64,000 bases of DNA from positions 3,664,034 through 3,728,033 of the forward strand of contig OY762280.1 of NCBI GenBank assembly GCA_963665525.1, written 5' to 3'. The first letter of the stretch is position 1. Each line of letters starts with the position of its first letter. The notes under the pieces are model-generated. The model was not told where the DNA came from. It saw only the letters and a program-made list of their open reading frames with translations, and searched no databases. This DNA comes from Bacteroidales bacterium (lineage in GTDB: Bacteria > Bacteroidota > Bacteroidia > Bacteroidales > UBA12077). Below, in pieces: positions 29,962-39,851 of the stretch. A program made the translations under genes and the position numbers.

Positions 29962-31392
29962 ATGATTTGGAATATATCATGGAAAAATGTTTGGCGAAAT
30001 AAATCACGAAGCTTAGTGGTTATTTGCGCCGTAACTTTAGGTACAATTTCCGGGGTATTTGTTGCTGGAATGATGAACGGGTGGGTTGATCAGAGAATAC
30101 GTGCTGCTATTTATACTGAAGTTTCTCATATCAAAATACAAAATCCTGAGTACTTAAATAATGAAGAACTAAAACACACAATTCCTAATTTTACTGAAAT
30201 ATCTGAATTTTTAAATCAATCAGATGAAGTAAAATCATGGACTAAACACACCAAAATAATTGCAATGGGTAGTACTTCCAGAGGTAGTACTGCAATTACA
30301 TTGAAAGGAATTAATCCTAATGAAGAAATGCTGGTTTCAAATATCAACGAGTTCATTGTTGAAGATGGGGGAAACTACTTTGAGTCTACTTTTAAAAATC
30401 CAATAGTCATTAGTGAAAAAACAGCTGACCAATTAAGGTTGATCAACTATATTATTTCACAAGGTTTATTAGATAGCATCGCTAGTCTTGGAGCAGATGA
30501 AAAATTAGTAAGTAGTTTAAATACAATTAAAGATAAACGATTTATTACAGAAAAGAAGTTCAAAACTCAACTTGAAAGCATCTTAAAACCAAAGCAAATC
30601 AAAGATTTTGGTGCTGATATCATGAAATTAGCTAAAAACTATAAGATACGTTCAAAAATTGTGTTTACCTTCTCAGGAATGAATGGAGAAATGTCATATC
30701 AGTCATTTCGTGTTTGTGGTATTTATAAAACCTATAATACCATGTTCGATCAAATGAATGCATTTGTGAAAGAAGAAAGTATTGCTTCTGTTGCAGGCTT
30801 TCAACCTAATGACTATCATGAAATTAATGTCATCTTAAATAATGATGAAGATCAAAACATGGCCAACTATAAAAATATTCTTGCTTCAAAATTTCCAAAC
30901 GTAAGCATTATGGATTGGAAAACATTAGCTCCCGATGCTGGAATGATGGCTGATTTTATGCAAGTATATTACTATATCATTATGGGAGTTATATTCTTCG
31001 CTCTTGCTTTCGGAATTATTAACACCATGCTTATGGCTGTATTAGAAAGAATTAAAGAACTTGGAATGCTTATGGCTGTTGGAATGAACAAAAAACGAGT
31101 ATTCAGAATGATTATGCTTGAAACTATATTTCTTACAATAGTTGGAAGTATTACCGGAATGCTTTTGGGTGGTGCTTTAATCGGGATATTTAGTAAAGTT
31201 GGAATGAATTTCGCTTCGGTACAAGAAGGATTTGAAGCTTTTGGATGGTCTGCAATGGTTTACCCAAATATTGAATTAAGCTTCTTTTTAGGAGTGACTT
31301 TAATGGTAATTATTGTAGCCATTTTATCATCTATAATTCCTGCTCGAAAAGCATTAAAATTAAACCCGGTTGAAGCCATACGAACGGAGTGA
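29962..31392 (+). CDS. LolC/E (FtsX-like) ABC permease 2
   Basis: ISWKNVWRNKSRS; ERIKELGMLMAVGM; PARKALKLNPVEAIR; carries an apparent ~65-aa insertion. Confidence 0.9.
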   Translation: MIWNISWKNVWRNKSRSLVVICAVTLGTISGVFVAGMMNGWVDQRIRAAIYTEVSHIKIQNPEYLNNEELKHTIPNFTEISEFLNQSDEVKSWTKHTKIIAMGSTSRGSTAITLKGINPNEEMLVSNINEFIVEDGGNYFESTFKNPIVISEKTADQLRLINYIISQGLLDSIASLGADEKLVSSLNTIKDKRFITEKKFKTQLESILKPKQIKDFGADIMKLAKNYKIRSKIVFTFSGMNGEMSYQSFRVCGIYKTYNTMFDQMNAFVKEESIASVAGFQPNDYHEINVILNNDEDQNMANYKNILASKFPNVSIMDWKTLAPDAGMMADFMQVYYYIIMGVIFFALAFGIINTMLMAVLERIKELGMLMAVGMNKKRVFRMIMLETIFLTIVGSITGMLLGGALIGIFSKVGMNFASVQEGFEAFGWSAMVYPNIELSFFLGVTLMVIIVAILSSIIPARKALKLNPVEAIRTE

Positions 31393-31420
31393 TTTTAGAA
31401 TTACGAATTTAGAATAACGA
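31391..31420 (+). repeat. Left heptamer repeat tract flanking the four-helix-bundle gene
   Basis: GAT TTTAGAA TTACGAA TTTAGAA TAACGA. Confidence 0.75.
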
Positions 31421-31435
31421 GTAAAACTAATTACA

Positions 31436-31798
31436 ATGGATTTAAAAAAACGAACTAAAATATTTGCACTGGCCATAATAAGACTTGTTGAATCTTTACC
31501 TAAAACAAGAACAGGTAATGTCATCGCAAATCAGATTTTACGTTCTGCCACTTCTGTAGGAGCTAATTATAGGGCAGTTACAAGAGCTAAGTCAGATAAA
31601 GATTTTATTCATAAATTAAAAATCTGCGAAGAGGAATCAGATGAAACTACCTATTGGTTAAAACTAATTGAAGAATCCGGCTTGCTTCAGAATGAAGATA
31701 CAAACAAACTAAAGAAAGAGGCTGATGAATTAACAGCAATCTTTGTTACAAGCATAAACACAAAAAAATCAAATATTAATCGTAATTCTAAATTCTAA
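31436..31798 (+). CDS. Four-helix-bundle protein (23S rRNA IVS protein / Avd-like, TIGR02436-type)
   Basis: LKKRTKIFAL..QILRSATSVGANYR..AKSDKDFIHKLKICEEESDETTYWL. Confidence 0.92.
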   Translation: MDLKKRTKIFALAIIRLVESLPKTRTGNVIANQILRSATSVGANYRAVTRAKSDKDFIHKLKICEEESDETTYWLKLIEESGLLQNEDTNKLKKEADELTAIFVTSINTKKSNINRNSKF

Positions 31799-31802
31799 AA
31801 TC
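31779..31802 (-). repeat. Right heptamer repeat tract (inverted relative to the left)
   Basis: ATCGTAA TTCTAAA TTCTAAA ATC; the reverse complement begins GATTTTAGAATT, identical to 31391-31402. Confidence 0.75.
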
Positions 31803-31878
31803 CAACTTTCTTACAGAGAAGAAATAGGAAACATAAATAAGTTATAACTAGATAATAAAAAATATAAAATTTCAAGTC

Positions 31879-32565
31879 ATGAAAGTAATAGATATAAATA
31901 ATTTAACTAAGATATATAACGAATCAGAAGTTAAAGTAAAAGCTGTTGATAACATTAGCTTATCATTTAACCAAGGCGAATTTGCAGCTATTGTTGGTCC
32001 TTCAGGATCAGGAAAAACAACTCTTTTAAATATGATTGGAGGACTAGATAAACCTACCGAAGGAAGCATAAATGTGGATGGAACCAATATCGGAGAACTT
32101 AGCTCTTCTAAATTAATTGATTTTAGACTCAATAACATTGGTTTTGTTTTCCAGGCTTATAATCTAATTCCTGTTTTAACAGCTAAAGAAAATGTTGAAT
32201 TCATCATGGAACTACAAGGTAGAAAGAGATTTGAACGCGATGAGCGATCCATTGAATTATTATCAGCAGTTGGGTTAGCTGAACGTGTAAATGCCCGACC
32301 TGCTAAATTATCCGGTGGACAACAACAACGTGTGGCTGTTGCCAGGGCATTAGCATCAAAACCTAAATTTATTCTTGCTGATGAACCAACTGCAAACCTC
32401 GATTCAAAATCAACAGAAACATTACTTGATATCATGGAAAAGCTTAATAAAGAAGAAAATATAACTTTCATATTTTCTACTCATGATCAAAGAGTTGTGA
32501 ATAAAGCTCGAAGAGTAATCACTGTTGAAGATGGTCATGTGGTTTCTGATGAAGTAAGAAATTAA
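31879..32565 (+). CDS. LolD-like ABC ATP-binding protein
   Basis: GPSGSGKTT, LSGGQQQRVAVARA, ADEPTANLD, STHD. Confidence 0.95.
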   Translation: MKVIDINNLTKIYNESEVKVKAVDNISLSFNQGEFAAIVGPSGSGKTTLLNMIGGLDKPTEGSINVDGTNIGELSSSKLIDFRLNNIGFVFQAYNLIPVLTAKENVEFIMELQGRKRFERDERSIELLSAVGLAERVNARPAKLSGGQQQRVAVARALASKPKFILADEPTANLDSKSTETLLDIMEKLNKEENITFIFSTHDQRVVNKARRVITVEDGHVVSDEVRN

Positions 32566-32576
32566 TATACAAATTG

Positions 32577-32604
32577 CTTTCCCAAAGTTTAAACTTTGGG
32601 AAAG
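32577..32604. repeat. Perfect 28-bp palindrome (REP-like doublet)
   Basis: CTTTCCCAAAGTTTAAACTTTGGGAAAG; related to 51353-51385. Confidence 0.8.
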
Positions 32605-32620
32605 ATATAATTTTAATAAA

Positions 32621-33790
32621 ATGAGAAAATTATTCTTACTAATAATATTATCCTTATTCATAGTATCATCTAAAGCCCAGGAAAAGCAATCTATATTCTC
32701 AAACATGACTTTAAATGGTTATGTTAAATATATGAATACGACCATGTTTAGCAGTGTCGACTCTGTTTGGTTAGTCGACAATTTAATACATAACCGACTA
32801 AATTACAGGTGGTACATGACCGATAAGCTAACTTTTGCTTTAGATATGCGAAATAGGTTTATATATGGCGATTTAGTGAAGTTTATTCCGAATTATGCCA
32901 GTACACTTGAAGAAGATAATGGATATCTAAATTTCCTAACAAACAATATTGCTGATGGAAATTCTTATGTGTTAAATACAAGTTTTGACAGGGCATATTT
33001 TGAGTTAAATCTGAATAAATGGGTAATTACTCTTGGGCGACAAAGAATCAATTGGGGACAATCTTTTGCATGGAATCCTAATGATATTTTTAATTCATAC
33101 TCATTTTTTGATTTCGATTATGAAGAACGACCCGGAATCGACGCCATACGAATTCAGTATTATCCAAACTTTACATCAGTTGCCGAAGCAGCAATTAAAA
33201 TCGACCGAGATAATAACATAACAGCAGCAGGTTTATACCGTTTTAATAAGTGGAGTTACGATATTCAATTGATAGGTGGAATTATTGATACTTGCGATTA
33301 TGTAATAGGAGCTGGTTGGTCTGGAAGTCTTTGGAATTTCGGATTTAATGGTGAAATTAGTTATTTTCATCCTCAAGAAAACATCTCCGATTCAACTGGT
33401 GTTGTAATACTATCAGCTGGTTTAAGTTATATGTTCTCGAATTCATTAAACATCTCTTTTGAAGGAAACTATAATGGGTATTTTGATAAATTAAACTTAA
33501 ACAGCTTTAACGATTTATATTTTATGCCCCTGTCGGTTAAAACAACATCATACAGTAAGTTTTCCTGGTTTGGTCAAATAATTTATCCTATTCATCCATT
33601 AATCAACGGAACCATTGCTGCTATGTATTTTCCTTCTTTAGGAAATGGCTACTTTCTTATGCCCTCCTTAGCTTATTCAGTAAGCAATAATTTTGAGTTT
33701 GCACTATATGGTCAACGCTTTGAAGGAAAATTTGGAGGACAATACGATAAAATGACCATGCTTTTTATGCGATTTAGATATAGTTTTTAA
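32621..33790 (+). CDS. Outer-membrane beta-barrel protein of the Lol-like operon
   Basis: Signal peptide, GRQRINWG..WNPNDIFN..ERPGIDA, C-terminal RFRYSF. Confidence 0.85.
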   Translation: MRKLFLLIILSLFIVSSKAQEKQSIFSNMTLNGYVKYMNTTMFSSVDSVWLVDNLIHNRLNYRWYMTDKLTFALDMRNRFIYGDLVKFIPNYASTLEEDNGYLNFLTNNIADGNSYVLNTSFDRAYFELNLNKWVITLGRQRINWGQSFAWNPNDIFNSYSFFDFDYEERPGIDAIRIQYYPNFTSVAEAAIKIDRDNNITAAGLYRFNKWSYDIQLIGGIIDTCDYVIGAGWSGSLWNFGFNGEISYFHPQENISDSTGVVILSAGLSYMFSNSLNISFEGNYNGYFDKLNLNSFNDLYFMPLSVKTTSYSKFSWFGQIIYPIHPLINGTIAAMYFPSLGNGYFLMPSLAYSVSNNFEFALYGQRFEGKFGGQYDKMTMLFMRFRYSF

Positions 33791-33805
33791 ATTCTATTAT
33801 TAAAA

Positions 33806-34792
33806 TTAAAACATATTATGAAGCTGTCTAACTATTTCATCCTCATCTAAATCATTAATACATTTAAAGTGTTTTTTAGGACATTCTTTAAAACCTATTT
33901 TCGTGCAAGGACGACATTTTAATCCTTTAATCTCCATCATTTGGGAATCCTCATGTGGTAAATACGGATACATCCCAAATTCAGGAACCGTATTGCCCCA
34001 AACAGAAATGATTTTTTTCTTAAATGCACTGGCAATATGCATTAATCCGGTATCGGGAGTTAAGATAACTCTCGCTTGTTTAACTAATGAAGCTGATTGA
34101 TTAATATTATACTTTCCACAAGTATTATAAATTTCACCACTTACAGCAGCCTTGATTTCTTCTGCCTCCTCTGTATTATCGGGTCCTCCCAACAATAAAA
34201 TCGGATTATCAATTTTCTTACAAATAGAAATGATTTTTTCTTTTGTAAGCTTTTTAGTGTTATGAAAAGCACCAACCACAACACCAACATAACCATTTAC
34301 TGCATCTTTTGAAATTGTTGAAACATCAACTTCATCTTTTTCGGGAATAAAATAATCAAGTCCTTTGTGATCATTTTTAACATCAAAAACTTTTAATGTG
34401 TTTAAATACCTATCTACAATATGTACATCCGGCATTTTATTCTTTTTAAAATTAACGAATAACCACTTTTCCCAATTTAATTTTTCAAAAGAAAAAGAAA
34501 TAATTTTTAATTTATTTTTAACCCTAGCGGTTCTTATATTTCTATGCAGATCAATAAGATAGTCAAAATGCTCATGTTTTAACTCCGTAATGGTTTCTTT
34601 GAACGATTCTTTTAGTATATGAACTTTATCTATATAAGGATTATTTTCCAGAATAGACTTAAATTGAGGTTTTGTTATATAATGAATTTCAACACCTTCA
34701 AGCTGTTGTTTTAAAACTCTAACAACCGGAGAGGTTAGCACAATATCACCAATTGAGCTAAAACGAATAATTAAAAACTTGATTTTCTGCAT
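33806..34792 (-). CDS. Glycosyltransferase family 9 (LPS heptosyltransferase-like)
   Basis: LIIRFSSIGDIVLT, DLH, PDTGLMHIASA, WGNT, CRPC. Confidence 0.92.
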   Translation of the reverse strand: MQKIKFLIIRFSSIGDIVLTSPVVRVLKQQLEGVEIHYITKPQFKSILENNPYIDKVHILKESFKETITELKHEHFDYLIDLHRNIRTARVKNKLKIISFSFEKLNWEKWLFVNFKKNKMPDVHIVDRYLNTLKVFDVKNDHKGLDYFIPEKDEVDVSTISKDAVNGYVGVVVGAFHNTKKLTKEKIISICKKIDNPILLLGGPDNTEEAEEIKAAVSGEIYNTCGKYNINQSASLVKQARVILTPDTGLMHIASAFKKKIISVWGNTVPEFGMYPYLPHEDSQMMEIKGLKCRPCTKIGFKECPKKHFKCINDLDEDEIVRQLHNMF

Positions 34793-35518
34793 TTACATTT
34801 TACGTATATTACTAAAAAACATGGTTAAAGCTAACCAGTATTCCTGGTTATTTGGATTGCTTTTCCAAAGTGATTTTGAACCATGTTCTCCACCTGTTTT
34901 TGGTGCAAATATCGTTTTATTTGTAGAAGGAACAAAACTTAACAAAGTATCGACATAAGGATTTTCTCGATGCGAAGATGCTACAAAAACTGGTTTGTTC
35001 AGATCTCTAATGGCTAACTGAACAGTAATTTCAGGAGTAAAAAACTCTCCCGGACTAAATGCTATAACAGCTTTAATATTAGAATTTTCTTTAGCTATTA
35101 ATAAACTAAGCGAAGCTGAAAAGGAGCTTCCAAAAAGAATTACAGGCTCATGATTTCTTTTTTGTACCCAATTTATAGCTGCTTCAATATCCTTTTTAGA
35201 ACTTAAAAAATCGGCTGAATATCCTTGCTGAATGGCAAGTAAGGCCGTATGATTCTGAATATAATTTACTTCACCGCCAGAACGTAAATCTACAGCCAAA
35301 CAATTATATCCAAATTTTATAAATTTATTCGCCACCTGACGATACTCGCCTCTGCTATATCCTGCCTGGTGTAACAATATGATATATGGCTTTGATGGAT
35401 TGGTCTCGTATAAATCAGCAGTTATTTCTAAACCATCTTCGGCTATAAACGAAACCTTTTCCTGAGCTTCAAGAATATAAAAAGAAAATATGAATATTGA
35501 AATTAAGAAATACTTCAT
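34793..35518 (-). CDS. Secreted alpha/beta hydrolase (dienelactone-hydrolase-like)
   Basis: Likely start MKYFLISIF (avoids overlap with atpC); LLHQAG..RGEY, VDLRSGG, GSSFSA, AFSPG, HGS. Confidence 0.85.
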   Translation of the reverse strand: MKYFLISIFIFSFYILEAQEKVSFIAEDGLEITADLYETNPSKPYIILLHQAGYSRGEYRQVANKFIKFGYNCLAVDLRSGGEVNYIQNHTALLAIQQGYSADFLSSKKDIEAAINWVQKRNHEPVILFGSSFSASLSLLIAKENSNIKAVIAFSPGEFFTPEITVQLAIRDLNKPVFVASSHRENPYVDTLLSFVPSTNKTIFAPKTGGEHGSKSLWKSNPNNQEYWLALTMFFSNIRKM

Positions 35519-35525
35519 ACCACAA

Positions 35526-35771
35526 TTACATTTCAACTGATTCTGCAAGGATAATTACATTATTATCTTTGACCTCAATAATTCCTCCACTAATTTTAAA
35601 ATAGGATTCAGCTCCTCGTTCAATAACTTTTATTTTACCCTTTTCAAGCGTTGAAATAATAGGAGCATGGTATTCTAATACAGCAAAAGACCCCTTACTT
35701 CCGGGAACCTGAACAGAATTGATTCTTCCTGAAAAAACCTTTTTGTCTGGAGTTATTATTTCTAAAAACAT
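35526..35771 (-). CDS. atpC: ATP synthase F1 epsilon subunit (short form)
   Basis: LEIITPDK..VPGSKGSFAVLEYHAPIISTL..GGIIEV; follows atpD. Confidence 0.95.
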   Translation of the reverse strand: MFLEIITPDKKVFSGRINSVQVPGSKGSFAVLEYHAPIISTLEKGKIKVIERGAESYFKISGGIIEVKDNNVIILAESVEM

Positions 35772-35799
35772 AAACCAAAAACCTCAATTAAAATGTAAG

Positions 35800-37323
<1,524 letters not shown>

Positions 37324-37498
37324 TTAATTTTTGAAGTAAATAAATAGGCTTTTTACAAATTTACGTTTTTTATACGATTAAATCACTTTTTAGATACATG
37401 GATACGATATTTTTAATAAATTCGTTTTTCAATTTATAGCACGCTTTTTGTTATAGTGCTATCGGATAATTTTTTGTTAAACATTTAATTTATTAAAA

Positions 37499-38011
37499 AT
37501 GAAAAAATCTTTTTTAAAACTGATATTTGCTACAATATTAATTAGCAGCTTATTTAACTTAAAAACTAACGCACAGGAAATAAAACTAGGTGGTGGTTTA
37601 ATTATTGGGACAGATCGTCCTCCTTTAGGATTACAATTTAAAGGTACTTATGGAATGGATATGGTTCTTGATAACTTATCAGGATCTCTTGAGTTTGCTA
37701 TATTTTTTCCAACAACACAAAGTAATTATGATTATAGCAGGTGGAGTATTGATGTAGATGGAAATTATATTTTCTGGAATGCTGCAGGTTTTGACTTTTA
37801 CGCTATTGCAGGTTTAAACATAACGCATTTCTCCAAAGAATCAAATGTTACCTGGCTGTCTGATACCAAAGGAACTAAGCCTGGATTAAATGCAGGTGCT
37901 GGTGTTAACTACCAATTTACATCAAACCTAAGTGCTTTTAGTGAAGTAAAATATATTTTAAGTAATTACGATCAAGCAGCTTTTAACTTTGGAGTTTTAT
38001 TTGAATTATAA
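37499..38011 (+). CDS. Small 8-strand outer-membrane beta-barrel protein
   Basis: Signal peptide, GLNAGAG..FSEVKY..FGVLFEL. Confidence 0.8.
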   Translation: MKKSFLKLIFATILISSLFNLKTNAQEIKLGGGLIIGTDRPPLGLQFKGTYGMDMVLDNLSGSLEFAIFFPTTQSNYDYSRWSIDVDGNYIFWNAAGFDFYAIAGLNITHFSKESNVTWLSDTKGTKPGLNAGAGVNYQFTSNLSAFSEVKYILSNYDQAAFNFGVLFEL

Positions 38012-38031
38012 TATTTTATAATGAATTTGTT

Positions 38032-38060
38032 AAGGACATTCAATCAGAATGTCCTTTTTT
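38032..38060 (+). terminator. Intrinsic terminator
   Basis: AAGGACATTC-AATCA-GAATGTCCTT followed by a T-tract. Confidence 0.82.
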
Positions 38061-38161
38061 ATTTTAAAAAAGAAACTTTATGATTCTTTCATGCAAATTG
38101 TTTGTATCAAAAATAAATTTAAGTTTTATTTGCATTTTCAATCTTAAATCACTGATAACAA

Positions 38162-38722
38162 ATGAAGAAGATTCTTATAGCAATAGTTTTATTAGTACTG
38201 ACAATAGGCGTAGAAACATCGAATGCCCAGTTTGAATATGCCGGAGGTGGATTATCATTAGCTACAGGAGGAAAGTATGCTTACGATGGTTTAGATTATA
38301 ATAATGGTTCCTTTGGTATTGACCTTAGAGCAGTTTATGATTATAGTAAGAAGTTACATATTGTTCCTGATTTAAAATTTTATCTTCCAAAAAAAGATAA
38401 TTCATTTGCTAATGGCGAGTCAAAAACTACCATGTATGCCTTTAATTTAAATGCTCATTACATTTTAAATCCAAGAGCAAGAGAAAGTTATCGATTATAC
38501 TTGTTAGCAGGGGCACACATAGGAATGTGGAATATAAAAGATGAACATATAGAGATAACCAGAACAGTAGACTTCAACGTATTTAAATTTGTTCCTGGAG
38601 CTAATGTGGGTGCTGGCATGCAATTCCCAATAGGATCAGCCATCTTTTTTGCTGAAGCAAAATATGTGATTGCTAAATCACATCAGCTGGTATTTACTCC
38701 GGGAATATTATTTGTACTTTAA
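38162..38722 (+). CDS. Small 8-strand outer-membrane beta-barrel protein (paralog of the previous gene)
   Basis: Signal peptide, PGANVGAG..FFAEAKY..PGILFVL. Confidence 0.8.
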   Translation: MKKILIAIVLLVLTIGVETSNAQFEYAGGGLSLATGGKYAYDGLDYNNGSFGIDLRAVYDYSKKLHIVPDLKFYLPKKDNSFANGESKTTMYAFNLNAHYILNPRARESYRLYLLAGAHIGMWNIKDEHIEITRTVDFNVFKFVPGANVGAGMQFPIGSAIFFAEAKYVIAKSHQLVFTPGILFVL

Positions 38723-39699
38723 TAATCTCTTTTGATAAGACTTTCAGCGAGCTTTTTGAGTTCGCTTTTTTTATTTTCATCAACTGAGACTTCTGCTAAA
38801 TAATCAAGAGCCCTCTTATTTAATTCCTCAATTTTGCCTTTTACCAGCTCGCGAATATTTAGCTTATCATATATTTCAGTAACAGCCTTTACTTTATTGT
38901 CTCGATCGAATTCTTTTTGATTTAACCAAAAGCTTAGTTTTTCTTTGGTTTCGTCGGTAGCCAATTCCTTAGCTTTAATTAACATAAAAGTTTTTTTATT
39001 AGCTACAATATCACCTCCTATTTGTTTTCCAAAAACTTTTACATCACCATAAACATCCAGATAATCGTCTTGTAATTGGAAAGCCAAACCAATATTTCTT
39101 CCAAATTCATACAATGAATCTGCATCTTTATCATTTGCATTCCCTAATAGAGCTCCAATTTTTAATGCTCCCGCTAATAGAACCGAAGTTTTTAACTCAA
39201 TCATCCGAAGATATTCCTTTTCTGAAACATTACTCCTGTCCTCAAATTCCATATCGTATTGTTGTCCCTCACAAACTTCAAGAGCAGTATTATTAAAAAC
39301 TTTCAGGACCTTCCTTAGATTTTGTGAATCTATATCCATGAAATAATCATAAGCTTTAATCAACATGGCATCACCGGAAAGAATCGCAGTATTTTCATTC
39401 CACTTTTTATGTACTGTTGGATTTCCTCGGCGAATATCAGCATGATCCATAATATCATCGTGCAAGAGTGTAAAATTATGGAAAATCTCTACTCCAATTG
39501 CAGGCATGATTGCATGATCTATTTTTTTAGAAAATAAATTACATGCCATCAAAACTAAAGCTGGTCTTATTCTTTTTCCGCCCGATTCAAGGGTGTAATT
39601 AATAGGGTCATACAAAGAAAATGGCTCTCTGCCAATTTTATCATTTGAGATTTTATTGCTGATTATTTCCTGTAGTTCTTTTATAGAGTACATATCCAT
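38719..39699 (-). CDS. ispA: Polyprenyl (FPP/GGPP) synthetase
   Basis: GGKRIRP, LLHDDIMD..RRG, GQQYD, KTSVL, FQLQDDYLD. Confidence 0.9.
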   Translation of the reverse strand: MDMYSIKELQEIISNKISNDKIGREPFSLYDPINYTLESGGKRIRPALVLMACNLFSKKIDHAIMPAIGVEIFHNFTLLHDDIMDHADIRRGNPTVHKKWNENTAILSGDAMLIKAYDYFMDIDSQNLRKVLKVFNNTALEVCEGQQYDMEFEDRSNVSEKEYLRMIELKTSVLLAGALKIGALLGNANDKDADSLYEFGRNIGLAFQLQDDYLDVYGDVKVFGKQIGGDIVANKKTFMLIKAKELATDETKEKLSFWLNQKEFDRDNKVKAVTEIYDKLNIRELVKGKIEELNKRALDYLAEVSVDENKKSELKKLAESLIKRDY

Positions 39700-39758
39700 T
39701 GACTTAAAATATTTCCAAAAATAGGATTATATCTTCATTTCTCAAACATTTCTTAAAT

Positions 39759-39824
39759 TGTTATCTTATTGTTAATTAATTCTTAAATTAATGTTATGAA
39801 AATTTGCTCTTTTTTTTAGTTTTG
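39759..39824 (+). promoter_or_regulatory. Pho-box-like 11-bp-period repeats plus -7 promoter element
   Basis: TGTTA/TGTTA/TCTTA/TGTTA at 39759, 39770, 39781, 39792; TAGTTTTG at 39817-24, upstream of the Na/Pi symporter. Confidence 0.6.
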
Positions 39825-39851
39825 CATTTCTTACACTAATACTCATTATAA

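Noticed and set aside
31436-31798. Diversity-generating retroelement (Avd homolog present)
   Set aside because: No reverse transcriptase and no TR/VR adenine-mismatch repeat pair seen in the window.
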